DNA of 64,000 nucleotides from the NCBI RefSeq assembly GCF_009914755.1, contig NC_060939.1; one strand, written 5' to 3'. Under the pieces are notes generated by a model, which was given only the letters and a program-made list of their open reading frames with translations, made no database searches and had not been told where the DNA came from. The stretch comes from the human T2T-CHM13v2.0 reference genome, Homo sapiens. Position 1 is the first letter of the stretch. Every line of letters starts with the position of its first letter. Made by a program: the position numbers and the translations under genes. Shown piece after piece: positions 22,390-36,329 of the stretch.

Positions 22390-25300
22390 ATGTTTCCAAA
22401 ATGCTGTATCCAAACAAAGGTTCAACTCTGTGAATTGAGGGCATACATCACAAAGAAGATTCTGAGAATGCTTCTGTCTAGATTTTATATGAAAATATTC
22501 CCGTTTCCAACGAAATCCTCAAAGCTATCCAAATATCCACTTGCAAATGCCACAAAAAGAGTGTTTCCAAACTGCTCTGTGAAAAGGAAGGTTCAACTCT
22601 GTTAGTTGAGTACACACATCACAAAGAGGTTTCTGAGAATGCTGCTGACTAGTTTTTATTTGAAGATATTTCCCTTTTCACCTTAGGCCTAAGAGTGCTC
22701 GAAATGTCCATTTCCACATACTCCACAAAGTGTGTTTCAAACGTGCTGTATGAAAGGGAATGTTCAACTCTATGAGTTGAATGCAAACATCACAAAGAAG
22801 ATTCTGAGAATGCTTTTGTCTAGATTTTATATGAAGATGTTCCCGTGTCCAACGAAATTTTCAAAGGTCTCCAAATAAAGATTGTTTCCAAACTGCTGTA
22901 TCAAAACAAAGGTTGAACTCTGTGAGTTGAGGACACACATCACAAATAAGTTTCTGAGAATGCTTCTGTCTAGTTTTTATTTGAAGATGTTTCCTTTTTC
23001 ACCATAGGCCTGAAAGCGCTCGAAATGTCCACTTCCAGATAGTACAGAAAGAGTGTTTCAAACCTGCTCTATGAACGGGAATGTTCAGCTCTGTGAGTTG
23101 AATGCAAACATCACAAAGCAGGTTCTGAGAATGCTTCCGTCTAGATTTTAAATGAGGATATTCCCGTTTCCAACGAAATCCTCGAAGCTATCCAAATATC
23201 CACTTGCAGATTCCACAAAAAGAGTGTTTCAAAACTGCTCTGTCAAAAGATAGGTTCAACTCTGTTAGTTGAGTACACACATGGCAAACAAGATTGCGAG
23301 AATGCTTTCGTCTAGTTTTTTTGGGAAGATATTTCCTTCTTCACCATAGGCCTCAAAGCGCTCCAAATATCCATTTCCACATGCTATACAAAGAGTGTCT
23401 CAAACCTGCTGTATGAATGGGAATGTTCAACTCTATGAGTTGAATGCAAACATCACAAAGAAGTTTCTGAGAATGCTTCTGTCTAGATTTTATATGAAGG
23501 TTTTCCCGCTTCCAACGAAATTTTCAATGCTCTCAAAATATCCTCTTGTAGATTCTACAAAAAGAGTGTTTCCAAACTGCTGTATCAAAACAAAGGTTCA
23601 TCTCTGTTAGTTGAGGACACACATCACAAATAAGTTTCTGAGAATGCTTCTGTCTAGTTCTTATTTGAAGACATTTCCTTTCTCACCTTAGGCCTGAAAG
23701 CGCTCGAAATACCCACTTCCAGATACTACAGAAACAGTGATTCAAACCTGCTCTATGAAAGGGAATGTTCAACTACGTGACTTGAATGCAAACATCACAA
23801 AGCAGTTTCTGAGAATGCTGCTGTCTACTTTCTATTTGTAATCCCGTTTCCAACGAAATCCTCAGAACTATCGAAATTTCCAATTGCAGATTCCACAGAA
23901 ACAGGGTTTCAAAGCTGCTCTGTAAAAAGAAAGGTTCAACTCTGTTAGTTGAATACACACGTCACAAACAAGTTTCTGAGAATGCTTCTGTCTAGTTTTT
24001 ATGGGAAGATATTTCCTTTTTCACGGTAGGCCTCAAAGCGCTCCAAATGTCCACTTCCACATACTACAAAAAGAGTGTTTCAAACCTGCTCTATGATAGG
24101 GAATGTTGAAACCTATGAGTTGAATGCAAGCATTACAAAGAGGTTTCTGAGAATGCTTCTGTCTAGATTTTATATGTAGATATTCCCGTTTCCAACGAAA
24201 TCCTCAAAGCTATCCAAATATCAACTTGCAGATTCTACAAAAGGAATGTTTCCAAAATGCTGTATCCAAACAAAGGTTCAACTCTGTGAATTGAGGGCAT
24301 ACATCACAAAGAAGATTCTGAGAATGCTTCTGTCTAGATTTTATATGAAAATATTCCCGTTTCCAACGAAATCCTCAAAGCTATCCAAATATCCACTTGC
24401 AAATGCCACAAAAAGAGTGTTTCCAAACTGCTCTGTGAAAAGGAAGGTTCAACTCTGTTAGTTGAGTACACACATCACAAAGAGGTTTCTGAGAATGCTG
24501 CTGACTAGTTTTTATTTGAAGATATTTCCCTTTTCACCTTAGGCCTAAGAGTGCTCGAAATGTCCATTTCCACATACTCCACAAAGTGTGTTTCAAACGT
24601 GCTGTATGAAAGGGAATGTTCAACTCTATGAGTTGAATGCAAACATCACAAAGAAGATTCTGAGAATGCTTTTGTCTAGATTTTATATGAAGATATTCCC
24701 GTGTCCAACGAAATTTTCAAAGGTCTCCAAATATCCATTTGTAGATTCTACAAAAAGAGTGTTTCCAAACTGCTGTATCAAAACAAAGGTTGAACTCTGT
24801 GAGTTGAGGACACACATCACAAATAAGTTTCTGAGAATGCTTCTGTCTAGTTTTTATTTGAAGATGTTTCCTTTTTCACCATAGGCCTGAAAGCGCTCGA
24901 AATGTCCACTTCCAGATAGTACAGAAAGAGTGTTTCAAACCTGCTCTATGAACGGGAATGTTCAGCTCTGTGAGTTGAATGCAAACATCACAAAGCAGGT
25001 TCTGAGAATGCTTCCGTCTAGATTTTAAATGAGGATATTCCCGTTTCCAACGAAATCCTCGAAGCTATCCAAATATCCACTTGCAGATTCCACAAAAAGA
25101 GTGTTTCAAAACTGCTCTGTCAAAAGATAGGTTCAACTCTGTTAGTTGAGTACACACATGGCAAACAAGATTGCGAGAATGCTTTCGTCTAGTTTTTTTG
25201 GGAAGATATTTCCTTCTTCACCATAGGCCTCAAAGCGCTCCAAATATCCATTTCCACATGCTATACAAAGAGTGTCTCAAACCTGCTGTATGAATGGGAA

Positions 25301-28300
25301 TGTTCAACTCTATGAGTTGAATGCAAACATCACAAAGAAGTTTCTGAGAATGCTGCTGTCTAGATTTTATATGAAGGTTTTCCCGCTTCCAACGAAATTT
25401 TCAATGCTCTCAAAATATCCTCTTGTAGATTCTACAAAAAGAGTGTTTCCAAACTGCTGTATCAAAACAAAGGTTCATCTCTGTTAGTTGAGGACACACA
25501 TCACAAATAAGTTTCTGAGAATGCTTCTGTCTAGTTCTTATTTGAAGACATTTCCTTTCTCACCTTAGGCCTGAAAGCGCTCGAAATACCCACTTCCAGA
25601 TACTACAGAAACAGTGATTCAAACCTGCTCTATGAAAGGGAATGTTCAACTATGTGACTTGAATGCAAACATCACAAAGCAGTTTCTGAGAATGCTGCTG
25701 TCTACTTTCTATTTGTAATCCCGTTTCCAACGAAATCCTCAGAACTATCGAAATTTCCAATTGCAGATTCCACAGAAACAGGGTTTCAAAGCTGCTCTGT
25801 AAAAAGAAAGGTTCAACTCTGTTAGTTGAATACACACGTCACAAACAAGTTTCTGAGAATGCTTCTGTCTAGTTTTTATGGGAAGATATTTCCTTTTTCA
25901 CCGTAGGCCTCAAAGCGCTCCACATGTCCACTTCCACATACTACAAAAAGAGTGTTTCAAACCTGCTGTATGAAAGGGAATGTTCAACTCTATGAGTTGA
26001 ATGCAAACATTACAAAGAAGTTTCTGAGAATGCTTCTGTCTAGATTTTATATGAAGGTTTTCCCGTTTCCAACGAAATTTTCAATGCTCTCAAAATATCC
26101 ACTTGTAGATTCTACAAAAAGAGTGTTTCCAAACTGCTGTGTCAAAAGAAAGGTTCAACTCTGTTAGTTGAAGACACACATCACAAATAAGTTTCTGAGA
26201 ATGCTTCTGTCTAGTTCTTATTTGAAGACATTTCCTTTCTCACCTTAGGCCTGAAAACGCTCGAAATATCCACTTCCAGATACGACAGAAACAGTGATTC
26301 AAACCTGCTCTATGAAAGGGAATGTTCAACTAGGTGACTTGAATGCAAACATCACAAAGCAGTTTCTGAGAATGCTGCTGTCTACTTTCTATTTGTAATC
26401 CCGTTTCCAACGAAATCCTCAGAACCATCGAAATTTCCAATTGCAGATTCCACAGAAACAGGGTTTCAAAGCTGCTCTGTAAAAAGAAAGGTTCAACTCT
26501 GTTAGTTGAATACACACGTCACAAACAAGTTTCTGAGAATGCTTCTGTCTAGTTTTTATGGGAAGATATTTCCTTTATCACGGTAGGCCTCAAAGCGCTC
26601 CAAATGTCCACTTCCACATACTACAAAAAGAGTGTTTCAAACCTGCTCTATGATAGGGAATGTTGAAACCTATGAGTTGAATGCAAGCATTACAAAGAGG
26701 TTTCTGAGAATGCTTCTGTCTAGATTTTATATGTAGATATTCCCGTTTCCAACGAAATCCTCAAAGCTATCCAAATATCAACTTGCAGATTCTGCAAAAG
26801 GAATGTTTCCAAAATGCTGTATCCAAACAAAGGTTCAACTCTGTGAATTGAGGGCATACATCACAAAGAAGATTCTGAGAATGCTTCTGTCTAGATTTTA
26901 TATGAAAATGTTCCCGTTTCCAACGAAATCCTCAAAGCTATCCAAATATCCACTTGCAAATGCCACAAAAAGAGTGTTTCCAAACTGCTCTGTGAAAAGG
27001 AAGGTTCAACTCTGTTAGTTGAGTACACACATCACAAAGAGGTTTCTGAGAATGCTGCTGACTAGTTTTTATTTGAAGATATTTCCCTTTTCACCTTAGG
27101 CCTAAGAGTGCTCGAAATGTCCATTTCCACATACTCCACAAAGTGTGTTTCAAACGTGCTGTATGAAAGGGAATGTTCAACTCTATGAGTTGAATGCAAA
27201 CATCACAAAGAAGACTCTGAGAATGCTTTTGTCTAGATTTTATATGAAGATATTCCCGTGTCCAACGAAATTTTCAAAGGTCTCCAAATATCCATTTGTA
27301 GATTCTACAAAAAGAGTGTTTCCAAACTGCTGTATCAAAACAAAGGTTGAACTCTGTGAGTTGAGGACACACATCACAAATAAGTTTCTGAGAATGCTTC
27401 TGTCTAGTTTTTATTTGAAGATGTTTCCTTTTTCACCATAGGCCTGAAAGCGCTCGAAATGTCCACTTCCAGATAGTACAGAAAGAGTGTTTCAAACCTG
27501 CTCTATGAACGGGAATGTTCAGCTCTGTGAGTTGAATGCAAACATCACAAAGCAGGTTCTGAGAATGCTTCCGTCTAGATTTTAAATGAGGATATTCCCG
27601 TTTCCAACGAAATCCTCGAAGCTATCCAAATATCCACTTGCAGATTCCACAAAAAGAGTGTTTCAAAACTGCTCTGTCAAAAGATAGGTTCAACTCTGTT
27701 AGTTGAGTACACACATGGCAAACAAGATTGCGAGAATGCTTTCGTCTAGTTTTTTTGGGAAGATATTTCCTTCTTCACCATAGGCCTCAAAGCGCTCCAA
27801 ATATCCATTTCCACATGCTATACAAAGAGTGTCTCAAACCTGCTGTATGAATGGGAATGTTCAACTCTATGAGTTGAATGCAAACATCACAAAGAAGTTT
27901 CTGAGAATGCTGCTGTCTAGATTTTATATGAAGGTTTTCCCGCTTCCAACGAAATTTTCAATGCTCTCAAAATATCCTCTTGTAGATTCTACAAAAAGAG
28001 TGTTTCCAAACTGCTGTATCAAAACAAAGGTTCATCTCTGTTAGTTGAGGACACACATCACAAATAAGTTTCTGAGAATGCTTCTGTCTAGTTCTTATTT
28101 GAAGACATTTCCTTTCTCACCTTAGGCCTGAAAACGCTCGAAATATCCACTTCGAGATACGACAGAAACTGTGATTCAAACCTGCTCTATGAAAGGGAAT
28201 GTTCAACTAGGTGACTTGAATGCAAACATCACAAAGCAGTTTCTGAGAATGCTGCTGTCTACTTTCTATTTGTAATCCCGTTTCCAACGAAATCCTCAGA

Positions 28301-29359
28301 ACTATCGAAATTTCCAATTGCAGATTCCACAGAAACAGGGTTTCAAAGCTGCTCTGTAAAAAGAAAGGTTCAACTCTGTTAGTTGAATACACACGTCACA
28401 AACAAGTTTCTGAGAATGCTTCTGTCTAGTTTTTATGGGAAGATATTTCCTTTTTCACCGTAGGCCTCAAAGCGCTCCAAATGTCCACGTCCACATACTA
28501 CAAAAAGAGTGTTTCAAACCTGCTGTATGAAAGGGAATGTTCAACTCTATGAGTTGAATGCAAACATTACAAAGAAGTTTCTGAGAATGCTTCTGTCTAG
28601 ATTTTATATGAAGGTTTTCCCGTTTCCAACGAAATTTTCAATGCTCTCAAAATATCCACTTGTAGATTCTACAAAAAGAGTGTTTCCAAACTGCTGTGTC
28701 AAAAGAAAGGTTCAACTCTGTTAGTTGAGGACACACATCACAAATAAGTTTCTGAGAATGCTTCTGTCTAGTTCTTATTTGAAGACATTTCCTTTCTCAC
28801 CTTAGGCCTGAAAACGCTCGAAATATCCACTTCCAGATACGACAGAAACAGTGATTCAAACCTGCTCTATGAAAGGGAATGTTCAACTAGGTGACTTGAA
28901 TGCAAACATCACAAAGCAGTTTCTGAGAATGCTGCTGTCTACTTTCTATTTGTAATCCCGTTTCCAACGAAATCCTCAGAACTATCGAAATTTCCAATTG
29001 CAGATTCCACAAAAAGCGTGTTTCAAAGCTGCTCTGTAAAAAGAAAGGTTCAACTCTGTTAGTTGAATACACACGTCACAAACAAGTTTCTGAGAATGCT
29101 TCTGTCTAGTTTTTATGGGAAGATATTTCCTTTTTCACCGTAGGCCTCAAAGCGCTCCAAATGTCCACTTCCACATACTACAAAAAGAGTGTTTCAAACC
29201 TGCTCTATGATAGGGAATGTTGAAACCTATGAGTTGAATGCAAGCATTACAAAGAGGTTTCTGAGAATGCTTCTGTCTAGATTTTATATGTAGATATTCC
29301 CGTTTCCAACGAAATCCTCAAAGCTATCCAAATATCAACTTGCAGATTCTACAAAAGGA
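22390..29359 (-). repeat. 11-mer with deletion, followed by two 15-mers
   Basis: Spacings 1856, 2557, 2557 (markers 22390, 24246, 26803, 29360). Confidence 0.9.
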
Positions 29360-32300
29360 ATGTTTCCAAAATGCTGTATCCAAACAAAGGTTCAACTCTG
29401 TGAATTGAGGGCATACATCACAAAGAAGATTCTGAGAATGCTTCTGTCTAGATTTTATATGAAAATATTCCCGTTTCCAACGAAATCCTCAAAGCTATCC
29501 AAATATCCACTTGCAAATGCCACAAAAAGAGTGTTTCCAAACTGCTCTGTGAAAAGGAAGGTTCAACTCTGTTAGTTGAGTACACACATCACAAAGAGGT
29601 TTCTGAGAATGCTGCTGACTAGTTTTTATTTGAAGATATTTCCCTTTTCACCTTAGGCCTAAGAGTGCTCGAAATGTCCATTTCCACATACTCCACAAAG
29701 TGTGTTTCAAACGTGCTGTATGAAAGGGAATGTTCAACTCTATGAGTTGAATGCAAACATCACAAAGAAGATTCTGAGAATGCTTTTGTCTAGATTTTAT
29801 ATGAAGATATTCCCGTGTCCAACGAAATTTTCAAAGGTCTCCAAATATCCATTTGTAGATTCTACAAAAAGAGTGTTTCCAAACTGCTGTATCAAAACAA
29901 AGGTTGAACTCTGTGAGTTGAGGACACACATCACAAATAAGTTTCTGAGAATGCTTCTGTCTAGTTTTTATTTGAAGATGTTTCCTTTTTCACCATAGGC
30001 CTGAAAGCGCTCGAAATGTCCACTTCCAGATAGTACAGAAAGAGTGTTTCAAACCTGCTCTATGAACGGGAATGTTCAGCTCTGTGAGTTGAATGCAAAC
30101 ATCACAAAGCAGGTTCTGAGAATGCTTCCGTCTAGATTTTAAATGAGGATATTCCCGTTTCCAACGAAATCCTCGAAGCTATCCAAATATCCACTTGCAG
30201 ATTCCACAAAAAGAGTGTTTCAAAACTGCTCTGTCAAAAGATAGGTTCAACTCTGTTAGTTGAGTACACACATGGCAAACAAGATTGCGAGAATGCTTTC
30301 GTCTAGTTTTTTTGGGAAGATATTTCCTTCTTCACCATAGGCCTCAAAGCGCTCCAAATATCCATTTCCACATGCTATACAAAGAGTGTCTCAAACCTGC
30401 TGTATGAATGGGAATGTTCAACTCTATGAGTTGAATGCAAACATCACAAAGAAGTTTCTGAGAATGCTGCTGTCTAGATTTTATATGAAGGTTTTCCCGC
30501 TTCCAACGAAATTTTCAATGCTCTCAAAATATCCTCTTGTAGATTCTACAAAAAGAGTGTTTCCAAACTGCTGTATCAAAACAAAGGTTCATCTCTGTTA
30601 GTTGAGGACACACATCACAAATAAGTTTCTGAGAATGCTTCTGTCTAGTTCTTATTTGAAGACATTTCCTTTCTCACCTTAGGCCTGAAAGCGCTCGAAA
30701 TACCCACTTCCAGATACTACAGAAACAGTGATTCAAACCTGCTCTATGAAAGGGAATGTTCAACTATGTGACTTGAATGCAAACATCACAAAGCAGTTTC
30801 TGAGAATGCTGCTGTCTACTTTCTATTTGTAATCCCGTTTCCAACGAAATCCTCAGAACTATCGAAATTTCCAATTGCAGATTCCACAGAAACAGGGTTT
30901 CAAAGCTGCTCTGTAAAAAGAAAGGTTCAACTCTGTTAGTTGAATACACACGTCACAAACAAGTTTCTGAGAATGCTTCTGTCTAGTTTTTATGGGAAGA
31001 TATTTCCTTTTTCACCGTAGGCCTCAAAGCGCTCCAAATGTCCACTTCCACATACTACAAAAAGAGTGTTTCAAACCTGCTCTATGATAGGGAATGTTGA
31101 AACCTATGAGTTGAATGCAAGCATTACAAAGAGGTTTCTGAGAATGCTTCTGTCTAGATTTTATATGTAGATATTCCCGTTTCCAACGAAATCCTCAAAG
31201 CTATCCAAATATCAACTTGCAGATTCTACAAAAGGAATGTTTCCAAAATGCTGTATCCAAACAAAGGTTCAACTCTGTGAATTGAGGGCATACATCACAA
31301 AGAAGATTCTGAGAATGCTTCTGTCTAGATTTTATATGAAAATATTCCCGTTTCCAACGAAATCCTCAAAGCTATCCAAATATCCACTTGCAAATGCCAC
31401 AAAAAGAGTGTTTCCAAACTGCTCTGTGAAAAGGAAGGTTCAACTCTGTTAGTTGAGTACACACATCACAAAGAGGTTTCTGAGAATGCTGCTGACTAGT
31501 TTTTATTTGAAGATATTTCCCTTTTCACCTTAGGCCTAAGAGTGCTCGAAATGTCCATTTCCACATACTCCACAAAGTGTGTTTCAAACGTGCTGTATGA
31601 AAGGGAATGTTCAACTCTATGAGTTGAATGCAAACATCACAAAGAAGATTCTGAGAATGCTTTTGTCTAGATTTTATATGAAGATATTCCCGTGTCCAAC
31701 GAAATTTTCAAAGGTCTCCAAATAAAGATTGTTTCCAAACTGCTGTATCAAAACAAAGGTTGAACTCTGTGAGTTGAGGACACACATCACAAATAAGTTT
31801 CTGAGAATGCTTCTGTCTAGTTTTTATTTGAAGATGTTTCCTTTTTCACCATAGGCCTGAAAGCGCTCGAAATGTCCACTTCCAGATAGTACAGAAAGAG
31901 TGTTTCAAACCTGCTCTATGAACGGGAATGTTCAGCTCTGTGAGTTGAATGCAAACATCACAAAGCAGGTTCTGAGAATGCTTCCGTCTAGATTTTAAAT
32001 GAGGATATTCCCGTTTCCAACGAAATCCTCGAAGCTATCCAAATATCCACTTGCAGATTCCACAAAAAGAGTGTTTCAAAACTGCTCTGTCAAAAGATAG
32101 GTTCAACTCTGTTAGTTGAGTACACACATGGCAAACAAGATTGCGAGAATGCTTTCGTCTAGTTTTTTTGGGAAGATATTTCCTTCTTCACCATAGGCCT
32201 CAAAGCGCTCCAAATATCCATTTCCACATGCTATACAAAGAGTGTCTCAAACCTGCTGTATGAATGGGAATGTTCAACTCTATGAGTTGAATGCAAACAT

Positions 32301-35300
32301 CACAAAGAAGTTTCTGAGAATGCTTCTGTCTAGATTTTATATGAAGGTTTTCCCGCTTCCAACGAAATTTTCAATGCTCTCAAAATATCCTCTTGTAGAT
32401 TCTACAAAAAGAGTGTTTCCAAACTGCTGTATCAAAACAAAGGTTCATCTCTGTTAGTTGAGGACACACATCACAAATAAGTTTCTGAGAATGCTTCTGT
32501 CTAGTTCTTATTTGAAGACATTTCCTTTCTCACCTTAGGCCTGAAAGCGCTCGAAATACCCACTTCCAGATACTACAGAAACAGTGATTCAAACCTGCTC
32601 TATGAAAGGGAATGTTCAACTATGTGACTTGAATGCAAACATCACAAAGCAGTTTCTGAGAATGCTGCTGTCTACTTTCTATTTGTAATCCCGTTTCCAA
32701 CGAAATCCTCAGAACTATCGAAATTTCCAATTGCAGATTCCACAGAAACAGGGTTTCAAAGCTGCTCTGTAAAAAGAAAGGTTCAACTCTGTTAGTTGAA
32801 TACACACGTCACAAACAAGTTTCTGAGAATGCTTCTGTCTAGTTTTTATGGGAAGATATTTCCTTTTTCACCGTAGGCCTCAAAGCGCTCCAAATGTCCA
32901 CTTCCACATACTACAAAAAGAGTGTTTCAAACCTGCTGTATGAAAGGGAATGTTCAACTCTATGAGTTGAATGCAAACATTACAAAGAAGTTTCTGAGAA
33001 TGCTTCTGTCTAGATTTTATATGAAGGTTTTCCCGTTTCCAACGAAATTTTCAATGCTCTCAAAATATCCACTTGTAGATTCTACAAAAAGAGTGTTTCC
33101 AAACTGCTGTGTCAAAAGAAAGGTTCAACTCTGTTAGTTGAGGACACACATCACAAATAAGTTTCTGAGAATGCTTCTGTCTAGTTCTTATTTGAAGACA
33201 TTTCCTTTCTCACCTTAGGCCTGAAAACGCTCGAAATATCCACTTCCAGATACGACAGAAACAGTGATTCAAACCTGCTCTATGAAAGGGAATGTTCAAC
33301 TAGGTGACTTGAATGCAAACATCACAAAGCAGTTTCTGAGAATGCTGCTGTCTACTTTCTATTTGTAATCCCGTTTCCAACGAAATCCTCAGAACTATCG
33401 AAATTTCCAATTGCAGATTCCACAAAAAGCGTGTTTCAAAGCTGCTCTGTAAAAAGAAAGGTTCAACTCTGTTAGTTGAATACACACGTCACAAACAAGT
33501 TTCTGAGAATGCTTCTGTCTAGTTTTTATGGGAAGATATTTCCTTTTTCACCGTAGGCCTCAAAGCGCTCCAAATGTCCACTTCCACATACTACAAAAAG
33601 AGTGTTTCAAACCTGCTCTATGATAGGGAATGTTGAAACGTATGAGTTGAATGCAAGCATTACAAAGAGGTTTCTGAGAATGCTTCTGTCTAGATTTTAT
33701 ATGTAGATATTCCCGTTTCCAACGAAATCCTCAAAGCTATCCAAATATCAACTTGCAGATTCTACAAAAGGAATGTTTCCAAAATGCTGTATCCAAACAA
33801 AGGTTCAACTCTGTGAATTGAGGGCATACATCACAAAGAAGATTCTGAGAATGCTTCTGTCTAGATTTTATATGAAAATATTCCCGTTTCCAACGAAATC
33901 CTCAAAGCTATCCAAATATCCACTTGCAAATGCCACAAAAAGAGTGTTTCCAAACTGCTCTGTGAAAAGGAAGGTTCAACTCTGTTAGTTGAGTACACAC
34001 ATCACAAAGAGGTTTCTGAGAATGCTGCTGACTAGTTTTTATTTGAAGATATTTCCCTTTTCACCTTAGGCCTAAGAGTGCTCGAAATGTCCATTTCCAC
34101 ATACTCCACAAAGTGTGTTTCAAACGTGCTGTATGAAAGGGAATGTTCAACTCTATGAGTTGAATGCAAACATCACAAAGAAGATTCTGAGAATGCTTTT
34201 GTCTAGATTTTATATGAAGATATTCCCGTGTCCAACGAAATTTTCAAAGGTCTCCAAATATCCATTTGTAGATTCTACAAAAAGAGTGTTTCCAAACTGC
34301 TGTATCAAAACAAAGGTTGAACTCTGTGAGTTGAGGACACACATCACAAATAAGTTTCTGAGAATGCTTCTGTCTAGTTTTTATTTGAAGATGTTTCCTT
34401 TTTCACCATAGGCCTGAAAGCGCTCGAAATGTCCACTTCCAGATAGTACAGAAAGAGTGTTTCAAACCTGCTCTATGAACGGGAATGTTCAGCTCTGTGA
34501 GTTGAATGCAAACATCACAAAGCAGGTTCTGAGAATGCTTCCGTCTAGATTTTAAATGAGGATATTCCCGTTTCCAACGAAATCCTCGAAGCTATCCAAA
34601 TATCCACTTGCAGATTCCACAAAAAGAGTGTTTCAAAACTGCTCTGTCAAAAGATAGGTTCAACTCTGTTAGTTGAGTACACACATGGCAAACAAGATTG
34701 CGAGAATGCTTTCGTCTAGTTTTTTTGGGAAGATATTTCCTTCTTCACCATAGGCCTCAAAGCGCTCCAAATATCCATTTCCACATGCTATACAAAGAGT
34801 GTCTCAAACCTGCTGTATGAATGGGAATGTTCAATTCTATGAGTTGAATGCAAACATCACAAAGAAGTTTCTGAGAATGCTGCTGTCTAGATTTTATATG
34901 AAGGTTTTCCCGCTTCCAACGAAATTTTCAATGCTCTCAAAATATCCTCTTGTAGATTCTACAAAAAGAGTGTTTCCAAACTGCTGTATCAAAACAAAGG
35001 TTCATCTCTGTTAGTTGAGGACACACATCACAAATAAGTTTCTGAGAATGCTTCTGTCTAGTTCTTATTTGAAGACATTTCCTTTCTCACCTTAGGCCTG
35101 AAAACGCTCGAAATATCCACTTCCAGATACGACAGAAACTGTGATTCAAACCTGCTCTATGAAAGGGAATGTTCAACTAGGTGACTTGAATGCAAACATC
35201 ACAAAGCAGTTTCTGAGAATGCTGCTGTCTACTTTCTATTTGTAATCCCGTTTCCAACGAAATCCTCAGAACTATCGAAATTTCCAATTGCAGATTCCAC

Positions 35301-36329
35301 AGAAACAGGGTTTCAAAGCTGCTCTGTAAAAAGAAAGGTTCAACTCTGTTAGTTGAATACACACGTCACAAACAAGTTTCTGAGAATGCTTCTGTCTAGT
35401 TTTTATGGGAAGATATTTCCTTTTTCACCGTAGGCCTCAAAGCGCTCCAAATGTCCACTTCCACATACTACAAAAAGAGTGTTTCAAACCTGCTGTATGA
35501 AAGGGAATGTTCAACTCTATGAGTTGAATGCAAACATTACAAAGAAGTTTCTGAGAATGCTTCTGTCTAGATTTTATATGAAGGTTTTCCCGTTTCCAAC
35601 GAAATTTTCAATGCTCTCAAAATATCCACTTGTAGATTCTACAAAAAGAGTGTTTCCAAACTGCTGTGTCAAAAGAAAGGTTCAACTCTGTTAGTTGAGG
35701 ACACACATCACAAATAAGTTTCTGAGAATGCTTCTGTCTAGTTCTTATTTGAAGACATTTCCTTTCTCACCTTAGGCCTGAAAACGCTCGAAATATCCAC
35801 TTCCAGATACGACAGAAACAGTGATTCAAACCTGCTCTATGAAAGGGAATGTTCAACTAGGTGACTTGAATGCAAACATCACAAAGTAGTTTCTGAGAAT
35901 GCTGCTGTCTACTTTCTATTTGTAATCCCGTTTCCAACGAAATCCTCAGAACTATCGAAATTTCCAATTGCAGATTCCACAAAAAGCGTGTTTCAAAGCT
36001 GCTCTGTAAAAAGAAAGGTTCAACTCTGTTAGTTGAATACACACGTCACAAACAAGTTTCTGAGAATGCTTCTGTCTAGTTTTTATGGGAAGATATTTCC
36101 TTTTTCACCGTAGGCCTCAAAGCGCTCCAAATGTCCACTTCCACATACTACAAAAAGAGTGTTTCAAACCTGCTCTATGATAGGGAATGTTGAAACCTAT
36201 GAGTTGAATGCAAGCATTACAAAGAGGTTTCTGAGAATGCTTCTGTCTAGATTTTATATGTAGATATTCCCGTTTCCAACGAAATCCTCAAAGCTATCCA
36301 AATATCAACTTGCAGATTCTACAAAAGGA
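29360..36329 (-). repeat. 11-mer, 15-mer with deletion, 15-mer
   Basis: Spacings 1877, 2536, 2557 (markers 29360, 31237, 33773, 36330). Confidence 0.9.
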
